64,000 bases of DNA. Origin: Minisyncoccota bacterium (GTDB lineage Bacteria > Patescibacteriota > Minisyncoccia > Phycocordibacterales > JABAAK01). Both the position numbers and the translations under genes were made by a program. Below the pieces are notes generated by a model. That model was given only the letters and a program-made list of their open reading frames with translations, was not told the origin of the DNA and did no database searches. This document shows, piece by piece, positions 26,198 to 36,293 of this stretch (position 1 is its first letter; each line of letters starts with the position of its first letter). The DNA lies in NCBI GenBank assembly GCA_965204115.1, contig OZ241963.1, forward strand, positions 468,622 to 532,621. The letters run 5' to 3'.

Positions 26198-28063
26198 CTA
26201 CTTCGGGAGCCAGGTGTCGACCCACTTGAAGCGGTTGGGGGCCTGCTCCCTGGTTAACTCACGAGTTATTGATAGCCAGTAAAGAGCATAGAATTCGGCG
26301 GCATTTTCAGACATGTCGTTTCTGTAGTATGGGTCTTGATCAAGGATCAGATGTTCTCCGACTTCTGCCCGATCTTTCCTTGTTGCCTCTATAAATGCCT
26401 TGCCTTCTGCTGTCTCTTCCCAGTCAAACACACTGCCGCTGCCGTCTATGGAAACCACGGCGTGCTGATGTGCGTGGGTGATTTCATGCACAAGTATTAC
26501 TCGAAAAGTGAGTTCGTTAAAATCCTTAAGTGCCCAAAGCGTCCAAACTATTCCATCGCCGTACCATCCGCCGGATCTCATCGGAGTTGACAGTTCTCTG
26601 GCATCAACATACAGCAGGTCGTGCACCACCGTGACTTTGCTTAACACCTTTCGCGCTGTATCCGGCCATCGGTGTCCCACCAGTATGTTTCCCGGGGTGT
26701 TTTGCACATCTTTGGGGAAATTCATCTTTACCCCATTTGCCAGTGTTGTCGGGCGGGAGCGGTGCACCAGCACCTCTTTGGGCTCAAAGCCCTCCTTCTC
26801 CACACGCAAGTGTAGTGCCTCTCCTCCGACATTGCGGAAGATGTATCGTCCGTCTCGATCGGTGATGATTCGTTTCCCGGATACCGGTCCTGACAGTGCG
26901 GTGACGGTTGCTCCCGGTACCGGATATACGCGGGAGCGGTAAAAATGTTTGGCACTTATCGGCTGTTGGGGAATATACACAAATCCGGCGAGGTCTTGCG
27001 CACCGGGGCGGGCGGTGTCTCTCGTGATTATCTCCGGCGGTGGTTCCAGTATGTGCAGTGTTTCTGCATGCACATACTGCTTGGCCATTTTCACTCCGTT
27101 CTTGCTTGCGCTTTCCCTGCCGACAATAAGGGTGAATTTGCCGCGGTCGTTGGGCTGTATCCGATATTTGCCGATATAGGTTGCGGGAGTTTTGCCGGGT
27201 TTGGTGTCACCAGGGGCATAATACTTCCCTGTGGCATCAAGCGGCACGATGTTGTGCCGAATATCCCTGCCGTCAATACGGTAATACAGTTTCGGACGAG
27301 CGTTGATGCCATCTGAAACTGCCTGCTCCATTTCCTCAGAGAACATTATCTTGGTGTAGACAAGTGTCCCTGGTGGTATGGCGTCAGTTATTGGTTTCGT
27401 TAATCGTCCGTCGCTGTAATAGCCGACCGATTTAACCGTTGGAGCTGAAGGTTTCCCGAGCCGCAGCTTCTCCTTGTGCGTGTAAAACGCCGGGAGTGCG
27501 TTGCCCTCAAGGTCAACACTCAATTTGCCGATAGCAAACACAAATTCGCCAGTATCTTTCGGTTGTACGGTATATTTACAGATAAAGGATGTCGTTGTCT
27601 TTCTCGGTTTCGCATCGCCGGAAGAAAAATCTTCACCCTTCGCGCCGAAATCCGCGATATTGAAACGGGTGGTTTTCCCGTTTATCCTGCGATACAGGAT
27701 GGGACGGGATTGCTTGCCATCAGCAACAACCAGCTTCATGCTCTCAGAGAACTCCACCTTGATATAGATGGTTTTCCCTGCAGGTACCGCTCCGGTCAAT
27801 GGTTTTGTTAACTTCCAGTCGCTGTAATAGTTGACTGATTTGACTGTCGGAGCGCCTTTCACTTTTTGCAACATCGGCGCGCCGGGTGCGGTGTCTGGCA
27901 TTTTCAAGCTGCCGACTGTCTCCGCAGCGTCTTCTTTTATTCCGACCGGGTTTTCTATCTCTTCGTCGCCGCAGCCGGTGATATGTATAGCAAATACAAT
28001 AATTGCGCACATCACTGCCACAATATGGATCAGGGATACCTGATCCAACCTTTTCCTTCTCAT
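26198..28063 (-). CDS. Secreted lipoprotein zinc metallopeptidase (HExxH) with two duplicated N-terminal beta domains and a CarboxypepD_reg-like domain
   Basis: Lipobox HITGC. Internal duplication VKSV(N/G)YYSD..LTKP...(about 120 aa, two copies). Segment TVTALSGPVSGKRIITDRDGRYIFRNV. C-terminal VILVHEITHAHQH (HExxH) followed by EFYALYW. Confidence 0.6.
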   Translation of the reverse strand: MRRKRLDQVSLIHIVAVMCAIIVFAIHITGCGDEEIENPVGIKEDAAETVGSLKMPDTAPGAPMLQKVKGAPTVKSVNYYSDWKLTKPLTGAVPAGKTIYIKVEFSESMKLVVADGKQSRPILYRRINGKTTRFNIADFGAKGEDFSSGDAKPRKTTTSFICKYTVQPKDTGEFVFAIGKLSVDLEGNALPAFYTHKEKLRLGKPSAPTVKSVGYYSDGRLTKPITDAIPPGTLVYTKIMFSEEMEQAVSDGINARPKLYYRIDGRDIRHNIVPLDATGKYYAPGDTKPGKTPATYIGKYRIQPNDRGKFTLIVGRESASKNGVKMAKQYVHAETLHILEPPPEIITRDTARPGAQDLAGFVYIPQQPISAKHFYRSRVYPVPGATVTALSGPVSGKRIITDRDGRYIFRNVGGEALHLRVEKEGFEPKEVLVHRSRPTTLANGVKMNFPKDVQNTPGNILVGHRWPDTARKVLSKVTVVHDLLYVDARELSTPMRSGGWYGDGIVWTLWALKDFNELTFRVILVHEITHAHQHAVVSIDGSGSVFDWEETAEGKAFIEATRKDRAEVGEHLILDQDPYYRNDMSENAAEFYALYWLSITRELTREQAPNRFKWVDTWLPK

Positions 28064-28378
28064 TCTGGTTTCCTCCTCAAAATAGCGTTACAAGACCTTT
28101 TTAGGGTCTTTTTTGTTAAGGCTCAAACTACAGTTATTATACAATACTGTAGCAAATATGCAAGTTACCGTAGGCACTTGCTGAGCGATATTATCTGACT
28201 TTACCCCGCTCTTCTGGCACCAGTATACCGCACCCCTTTCTCGCTGCCAATACCGATTTCTTGTTTTTGCAGTAGTCGGTTTGGTGCGGAAGGGGGTGGG
28301 ATAGGTTGGGGTGAGGGGCTCTTTGATTATTGTGTTGCATTTTCCGCCGTGTATTTTTTCAGGGTTGTATACTGGGAA

Positions 28379-31300
28379 TATGGTTGTGCGTTGTTTTTTC
28401 TATCTCTTTCTTTTTTTTGGACTATTCTTATCACCGGTTGCCATCGCGGAAGGTGCTGTTGTTTCCGGTGCCGCTCCGGGGGAGATGAAAGATGTGTTGG
28501 TGGATTGCCTGTCACTGGCGGATGAGCGGGATGCCTGCTATGCGACTGCTTGCGAGTATGAGCCCGGGTACTTGTGTGCGGAAGATGTGCTTGATGTGGT
28601 GGTAGAGATTGCCGGTCCGGAGCGAGCGATGGGGGTGCTGCACGAGATAATGGCGAGCCCTGTGTTTGCTATTACCTCTGACGGGCATCTGTTATCGCAT
28701 ATTGTCGGTCGAGCGACATCGCGCGTGTTCGGCTCTTCAGGGAACAATTTCTTGCGCTGTCCTTCTGACTTTAACAACGGTTGTTTTCACGGTTTTTTTG
28801 AGGACACCCTTCCGAAATCGGATTCGCCGGTGGATGTGGTTGTTTCTATTTGCGAGAATATGCCTCCTGACACACCGTTGAAAGAAAAATCCTATTGCTA
28901 TCACGGTGCGGGGCATGTGTTTATGATGCAGGTGAGCCATGATCTTGATGCTGCAATTGATCTTTGCCTGCAGGTGCCTGAGAATTGGTCGGAGAGTTGT
29001 TGGCAGGGGGTTTTTATGGAGAATGCCGGTGAGCGGGAGTGGGAATTGAAGCGGAAGAATTTTCGGGAAGATGAGCCATTGTATCCGTGTACCGCTGTTG
29101 AAGATCGTTTTAAGACCGAGTGCTATGTCAATCACCACGGATATCTTATCCGGCACTATAGCGAGTCATGGGATGAACTTGTTGCTGTATGTCTCGGTGC
29201 GGAGGATTTCACGCATGCCTGTCTCGGTGGCTTGGGGCTCATGCTCGGCAGTGATTTTTGGACTACCATCGTCGCTCAAGGGACACCTGTTGAAGGTAGG
29301 CCCCACACGGAGCAGGTGGTTTTTCTCTGTAATCAGTTTCCCTATGATTACATAGATGTTTGTTACTCCAATCTTATCCCTTCGTTTCTTAATTTTGACG
29401 GCACGGATATTCGAAATGCCTCAGGGGTGTGTGCTCTTGCCGATGCAGAGCATCGGCATGCTTGCTTCGAGCGCATCGGCTCTTACCTGAGTAATTTAGT
29501 TTCCGATGAGTCGGAAAAGATTGCTGTATGCCATAGTGTTCCGAGAGAATATCGTGATGCGTGTTTGGGTGTGCGTTCGGAAGAGTTTGATGGATATGTA
29601 GATAGGGAGGTGTCCGAGGGCACTGCGGCTAATGGTTCCGGTTCATTTTTCTCTAGAGCAGTTCAGTTTCTTTCCGCGTTATTTGGCCGTTTAGCAACGG
29701 CTTTTACGCGACCGGTGCATGCACATTCTGGTGGTAGTGATGAGCAGGATCTGTCTCGGTATGCGCACCCTGAATTGCATCAAGGTCTTGAGGTGTGTTT
29801 ATCGTTGCAGGAGGGGAGGGATATGTGTTATTTGTCTCTGTGTGATGGTGCTGTTGGGTTTCTTTGTGCGGAGGATGTACTGCATACCGCCACGGTCGGT
29901 TTTGGTCCCGAGGTGGCGATGCAGGTGTTGGAGGAGATGATAGCAAGCCCCCTTTTTTCATTCAATGCGGCGAACGAAGGGCACAGCTTGGCGCATGCTA
30001 TTGGGAGAATAACTGCACAGCACTTCGGTGGCACCGGCGATGCCTTTTTGCGATGTCCCACTGCACTTGATTATGGCTGCCAGCATGGGTTTCTTGAGGA
30101 TGCGTTGATTAGAGTTGACTCTCCCGCGGAGGCGGTGACGAATATTTGTGAAAGTTTGCCGGCAGTGCCGACGATAGGTCGACCGAATTGCTACCATGGT
30201 TCGGGGCATGGAGTGATGATGAATGCGAGCTATGACCTTGCTGAGGCACTTGCTGTGTGTGATCAGGTTCCCGATCCTTTGAGTTGTTTTACCGGAGTTG
30301 CTATGGAGAATGTGAGTGGGAAGACCTCCGGTAGAATACAGGAACTATATGCAGAGCATGACAGTTTTGAAAAAGATAACCCGCTGGCGCCCTGTGACAC
30401 ACTGACTGACACACTTCATCGCAGGGCGTGTTATCGACAGCACATGCCGTATTTGGCATCTTATTTCAGCCATGACCTGCAGGATGTGGTGGATGCCTGT
30501 CTTGGTGCGGGTGATCCTGTTGATATTCGTGATTGTGTGTTTGGCTTCGGTGCGTATGGTATCTATGACGGCATTCAGGAGAGTTTTCTTCACGGTTTTG
30601 AGGGTGATTTTATGGACAAAATAATTATTATGTGCAATCAGTTTCCTGAGGAATACCGCATGCATTGCTACACACCGGCGATTGATCAGTCGACTGTTTT
30701 TTATCGGGTGAAAAGGGCTTCTGATTTTTGTTATAAGATTGACGCGCGATACATGCGGGAGTGTTTCAATGTCATCGGCGATCGTTTGAGGAGTTTAGTT
30801 GTTGATCGTGACGAGACAGAAGCAGAGTGCTCTTCAGTTCCTGAGGAGTATCGGATTGAGTGTACTGATCCGCATCGGCATCAAGGGGAAGATGTCTCTG
30901 TTGATACGCCTTTTGGCGTGATAGCGGTTGAGCAGGCATCCGATTCTTTATTTGCGTGGGTTAAGCAGCTTCTTTCTGACATTGTTGCGGATGTATTCAG
31001 TGTGCTTGGTATGTTTGCTCGCCCTGTTTCCGCGCAAAGTGTTGCTGTGCCTTTAGCTGAAGGGGTGGAAAAATGTTTGGAGCAAGGGGGTGAGGTGGCG
31101 TGTTATGCTTCGCTGTGTGCATATGAGTCAGGGTATTTGTGCGCGGAGAGTATTTTGGAGGTGGTGACGAAAGGGTGGGGTCCTGAGGTTGCTATGGAAA
31201 TACTGATGAATATGATACAGAGCCCACTTTTCTCTTTTAGTCCGTCATCAGAGGGGCATAACTTAGCTCATACCGTTGGTCGGGTTACAGCGCAATGGTT

Positions 31301-33419
31301 TGGATCTGATGGAGTGTCATTTATCAGATGCCCGACTGATCTTGCGTATGGCTGTCACCATGGGTTTTTTGAGGTTGCACTTGTCGCATCGGAAGGCGAC
31401 CCTGCCGCCGCGGTTCACAGCATCTGTGAGCATATGCCGGATAAGCCGGAGTTGGGGAAGGTGAGTTGCTATCATGGTGCCGGTCACGGGATAATGATGC
31501 ATGAGAGCCATGACTTAGATAGAGCACTTGCGGTGTGCGATCAGTTGTCTCACGGGCGGAATATTTGCTATGATGGTGTTTTTATGGAGCATATTAACGC
31601 AAGGCATGGTCTCGGATCGGAGAATAATCAGTTTGATGTTCATAATCCCCTTGCGCCGTGTAATGTTGTTGCAGAGAAGTATCGGCATGATTGCTTCTAT
31701 CGGCATGGGAACTATCTGTTCCCCTATTTCGGGTATTTATTGGAGGATGTTATTGAGGCGTGTCTCGGTGCCGGTGAGCACATTGAGGTGTGCTTGACTG
31801 CTGTTAGCGGCTCTTTGTTTCTTCCCAGTTTTCAGGAGCGGGTGTTTCCCGGTATGCGAGGTTCATTAGCGGATAAGGCGACGACGATATGCGGTGTGTT
31901 TCCTGATGGGTACAAGCGTGTCTGTTATGTTGTTTTTGCCGGAGAGGCGACTATTTTTCATGGAGCGAAAGAGGCATCAACTCTTTGCTCTGATGTTGAT
32001 AAGGTATATCAATCGTTATGCCTGAGAGAGGTTAATAGGAGAGTTAATGATTTGGCGGCAACTGATTACGAGCGAATTGCGATGTGTGCTGCTGTTTCTG
32101 AAGAGTACCAGCATGTATGCTTGTCTGAAGGTGATTTTGATCGTCGTTCTGATCAGGCTGAGGAGACAGCAAGTTCCACCCCCCCCTCTTTTTTACACGA
32201 CTTATTTGCTTATGTGGATAGTGTTGTGCGCTCATTTTTTTCCGCGGTTGTCGCTATAAAGCGTCCTATCAAGAATGTATCTCATGCTGATTGTGATGCC
32301 TCTCCTGTATGGCGATATGTGGGTGATTTTGTGTATGGAGGTGTTGGGGATCGTGACTATTTCGGGGATGCCGTCTCTTTATTCGGCACTACGCTTGCGG
32401 TTGGTGCGTTTGGAGATGATGCTGGTGATATTGACACTGGGGCGGTGTATTTGTTTGAGTTGGGGGGTGGCGCCCTCGGAGATCCGTTACTTAAAATTTC
32501 CGGCGAGCAAGCAGGAGAGGGATTGCTTAATGTCGGTTTGGAGGCGAGAGATCGTCTTGGCAGAGGTTTGTCACTTCAGGGCAATACTCTTGCGGTGGGC
32601 GCGTATTATGATTCAGAAAAGAAGGGGGCAGTATATCTGTTTGAGTCGGATGCTGAAGGTGTTTGGAGTCAGTCGCTCAAGATATCTGACAATGAAGGTG
32701 GTAAAGGATTACTTCCGATTTCTCTGAGTCGTGCCGCTCATTTTGGCGCATCTGTGTCGTTGCACGGTAACAGATTGGCAGTCGGCGCATATTTGTCTGA
32801 TGACGGTATGGGTGCGGTGTATCTGTTTGAGAGGGATGCTGACGGTATTTGGTCATACCTGTTGAAGTTGTCCGGGACAGTTGTTCCGCATGAGCGGGAT
32901 GCTGCGTTTGGGCGATCTGTTTCCCTGTATGGTGATTTTTTGGCAGTCGGCGCACCTCGGAGTGGCCCTGGAGATACCGGGGCGGTATATCTTTTTAATC
33001 GCGATGCATCTGGCACATGGGATCTTGTGTTAGAATTTTCTGTCACTGGTGCGGGAGTTGACTTGTCAGAGGGTCTGGATGAGAATGATCATTTCGGAAC
33101 CTCAGTTTTTCTTCGTGATACTGTTCTTGCGGTCGGTGCGTATGGAGATGATAGTGAAATTGCTGATACCGGAGCAGTGTACTTATTTGAGAAGAGTGTC
33201 GGCAGTAACTGGGAGCAATCGTTGAAGATATCTAATGCCAGTGAGTTATTCATCGTGCCTCTTGAGGAGGGCGGGATGTTCGGGAGTGCTGTCTCGTTTT
33301 CCGATGAGGTGTTAGTTGTCGGTGGATACCTGTATGATAGCGGGGGCACTGAAAGAGGTGTGGTTTATTTATTTGAAAATGAGTTGCAAAATACTTGTTC
33401 TGCTCAATATCGCCTATGA
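28379..33419 (+). CDS. Giant secreted protein: three copies of a novel Cys/His-rich module of about 400 aa, followed by a C-terminal FG-GAP beta-propeller
   Basis: Signal peptide. Module hallmarks recur three times: (E/G)RDACY..LC.YE.GYLCAE.VL, GH.L.H.VGR, FLRCP.D...GCFHGFFE, CYHG.GHG.MM, C..GVFMEN, DNPLAPC, ACLGAG. The C-terminal roughly 370 aa carry seven FG-GAP-like blades (FG.SVSL.G..LAVGA...D.GAVYLFE). Confidence 0.7.
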
Positions 33420-34651
33420 TTATGTTAAGCCGTGTAAAAAGAAAAAGTGTGCCATTTGTTATTGCGGTCATTTTTTTGATTATTCTTTTCACACTTGCTT
33501 TTTTGTTTGTGGGGGCAACAGAGGATCAAAGGGGTGGTCATTCAGCAATGATGCGTTCTGTAAGTCGGTGTTTAGAGCGGGATGGTGAGCGAGATGCGTG
33601 CCTTGCATCTTTGTGTGAACATGAAGTTGGCTATTTGTGTGCTGAACATGTTGTTGATATGGCGACTAAGGTTGGTGGACCTGAGGCGGGAATGGATGCT
33701 TTGCGGCAGATATTGGAGGGTCCTGTTTTCGGAATTGACTCAAACGGGCATCAGTTGGCACATATTGTGGGCAGGGCATCTTCGTTGCACTGGGGATTCT
33801 CCGGTGATGTTTTTAATCGGTGTCCTATTGATTTTGACTATGGTTGTTTGCATGGTTTTTTTGAGATTGCCATGACCAAAGTTGACTCCCCGACGGATGT
33901 ACTTGTTAGTATTTGTGAAAATGCATCTAACGGTCCGAAGTTTGATAAAGTGAATTGCTATCACGGCGGCGGACATGGTGTCATGATGAATGAGAGTTAC
34001 AACCTTGATAAGGCGCTCTCAGTATGTGATTCTTTGCCGGCTGATTTCATGCGTCGGGATTGTTGGGGAGGTGTCTTTATGGAGAATAATAATAGGTTTC
34101 GAAATGGTTTGGTGGCGGATGAACAGAGCACATTCCGCTCGGACAATCCGCGCGCGCCTTGTGACTCTGTGGCAGATAAGTATCGGCATTCGTGCTGGAT
34201 ACTTCATGCTGATTATCTGATTAACGCCTACAGCACTTCATTGGATGATTTGATTGATGTTTGTCTTGGGGCCGGTGATTATGTTGAGGGATGTTTGCAT
34301 GGTGTCGCCAGGATATTTTCCGCTGAACGGCAGGATGTTATACTCCGCGGATCTGATATTGAGATAGAGGGAGACTTTGTCGATCGCACTTTCCAGTTAT
34401 GCGATAAGTTTCCCGATGATTATGTGCAGTCATGCCATTTTTTTGTTGTTGAGCATTTTATATTTCCGTATAAACTTCGCACTGGCTTTGATCAGGCACA
34501 TAAATATTGCATGCTCGTTGATTCTGATCGGGGTGAATGTTTTGAAAGAATAGGAATTCGTCTCAGCGATTTGATGGATGATGACGCGCGAGTGGCTATG
34601 TGTGAGGCTGTTCCACCTGAATGGCGCGATAGGTGTTCCGATGCTCGGTAA
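33416..34651 (+). CDS. Secreted protein with a single Cys/His-rich module; paralog of the 28379 modules
   Basis: N-terminal TM or signal segment. Same motif set: ERDACLASLCEHEVGYLCAEHV, GHQLAHIVGR, FNRCPIDFDYGCLHGFFE, CYHGGGHGVMM, GVFMEN. Overlaps the upstream stop by 4 bp. Confidence 0.6.
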   Translation: MIMLSRVKRKSVPFVIAVIFLIILFTLAFLFVGATEDQRGGHSAMMRSVSRCLERDGERDACLASLCEHEVGYLCAEHVVDMATKVGGPEAGMDALRQILEGPVFGIDSNGHQLAHIVGRASSLHWGFSGDVFNRCPIDFDYGCLHGFFEIAMTKVDSPTDVLVSICENASNGPKFDKVNCYHGGGHGVMMNESYNLDKALSVCDSLPADFMRRDCWGGVFMENNNRFRNGLVADEQSTFRSDNPRAPCDSVADKYRHSCWILHADYLINAYSTSLDDLIDVCLGAGDYVEGCLHGVARIFSAERQDVILRGSDIEIEGDFVDRTFQLCDKFPDDYVQSCHFFVVEHFIFPYKLRTGFDQAHKYCMLVDSDRGECFERIGIRLSDLMDDDARVAMCEAVPPEWRDRCSDAR

Positions 34652-34707
34652 TAGGTTGCAGTGTTTTACTGAAATTGATGTTGTGTCATACTGTTACTAT
34701 TGTGCTT

Positions 34708-36216
34708 ATGAGAAAAGAGTTGTTGGCAGTTATTTTTTTGCTTTTCCTGTGTGTGGCGTTGAGTGTATTTTTTGTGCTTGATTTCGGTTTTGATGGCGCT
34801 GATCGCGCTTCACCGGATGTGGCTTTGACGCCTGCTATGGATTCAGAGAAGTTGTTGTATGACGATGCGTTTATGGATGAGATGCTGCAGTTGTATTCAC
34901 TGCGGTCGTTGACCGCTTCGCTGAGCCGTCTTGGGTCTGTGAAAGGGATTGATTGTCATGATCGCGCGCATGAGCTGGGGCGGCGGGCGTATGAGACGGT
35001 CGGTTCTGAGGCGTTTAAGAGTTGTGGCATTGAGTGTCATTCCGGCTGTCGGCATGGTGCTACCGAGGCGTTTTTTGCTGATAAGGGGACCTCCGATTTA
35101 ATCAGTGGCATGGGGGTTCTCTGCGGAGATGAGATGGGCAATAAGTTTCATATGCACCAATGTATTCATGGTATTGGGCACGGACTGATGGCGTGGTATG
35201 ATTATGATTTGCATAAGGCGTTGCAGGCGTGTGATTTGATAGAGCACCCGTTTCATCAGGGCTCTTGTTATTCTGGTGTGTTTATGGAGAATATCGTGGG
35301 CAGTATTGTTCGTGACAAATCGGTTCCTGATGGGGAGGTGTACCATCATACAGATTTTTTGAGTGATGATCCGCACTACCCATGTAATGCGATTGCTGAT
35401 CGGTACAAGTGGCAGTGTTACTGGGGTCAGACGGATCGCATGCTTCAGCTTTCTGGAAATATTAACTTATTAGGGGATTTTTGCGCCGAGTCACCGGAGT
35501 TTGTTCATGGTGCTTGTTTTCATAGTATGGGGCGAACCACCTCCGGTTTTTTTTCTCGTGACATAGGGCAGAGCTTTGCAGTGTGTGACGCGGTTCCTGA
35601 TGCTGCAAACAGAAATATCTGTATGGGGGGTGTGTTGTCTGATCTTTTTTGGGATCAAACACATGCCGATCGAGCGGTGGCTTTTTGTGAGATGTCATTA
35701 AACACTTCGTTTGAAGAGCGATGTTATGAAAACCTGATTATCAGGGCTTCTGAGACTGTTTCCGATGTGGATATGCGGTGGTTCTGTGAGAAGTTGCCTG
35801 ATGCCTACTATGAACAATGTGCGCATCAGGAGACACCGCGGGCATTTCCTATTTCTACACAGGGCGATATCTCGCCTGTCGCCGTGGAGAAAACCGATAC
35901 CGCGGTTATTCGGTATGTGGATGGCAGGTATGTTCCTGATGCGGTTCATATCTCAGTCGGGCAGGAGGTGGTGTGGGTGAATGAGGATGGTAAACGGTTG
36001 TTTTGGCCTGCGTCTAATATCCACCCGACGCATACTGCGTACCCGGGGTCTGCTATTCAGAAGTGTGGTACTGATGAGCAGGGGGGTATTTTTGATGCAT
36101 GTGAAGGGTTGCCGCGTGGCGCGGAGTATTCATTTGTGTTTACCGAGGTGGGGCAGTGGCGGTTTCACGATCATATCAATCCGCGGGCAGCGGGTACGGT
36201 GATTGTTTCTGAGTGA
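34708..36216 (+). CDS. Secreted protein: Cys/His-rich module (divergent) plus a C-terminal His-cluster beta domain
   Basis: Signal peptide. Module variant CHDRAHELGRRAYE...CHSGCRHGATEAFF...CIHGIGHGLMA...GVFMEN. C-terminal 110 aa: WPASNIHPTHTAYPGS...CGTDE...FHDHINPRAAGTVIVSE. Confidence 0.65.
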   Translation: MRKELLAVIFLLFLCVALSVFFVLDFGFDGADRASPDVALTPAMDSEKLLYDDAFMDEMLQLYSLRSLTASLSRLGSVKGIDCHDRAHELGRRAYETVGSEAFKSCGIECHSGCRHGATEAFFADKGTSDLISGMGVLCGDEMGNKFHMHQCIHGIGHGLMAWYDYDLHKALQACDLIEHPFHQGSCYSGVFMENIVGSIVRDKSVPDGEVYHHTDFLSDDPHYPCNAIADRYKWQCYWGQTDRMLQLSGNINLLGDFCAESPEFVHGACFHSMGRTTSGFFSRDIGQSFAVCDAVPDAANRNICMGGVLSDLFWDQTHADRAVAFCEMSLNTSFEERCYENLIIRASETVSDVDMRWFCEKLPDAYYEQCAHQETPRAFPISTQGDISPVAVEKTDTAVIRYVDGRYVPDAVHISVGQEVVWVNEDGKRLFWPASNIHPTHTAYPGSAIQKCGTDEQGGIFDACEGLPRGAEYSFVFTEVGQWRFHDHINPRAAGTVIVSE

Positions 36217-36293
36217 TTTTCACCGTTCTGTTGCATGTGGTACAGTGTGGTCAGAAATTGACGCTGTGTCAGTTGTGTATTTTGGTGTAAAAA

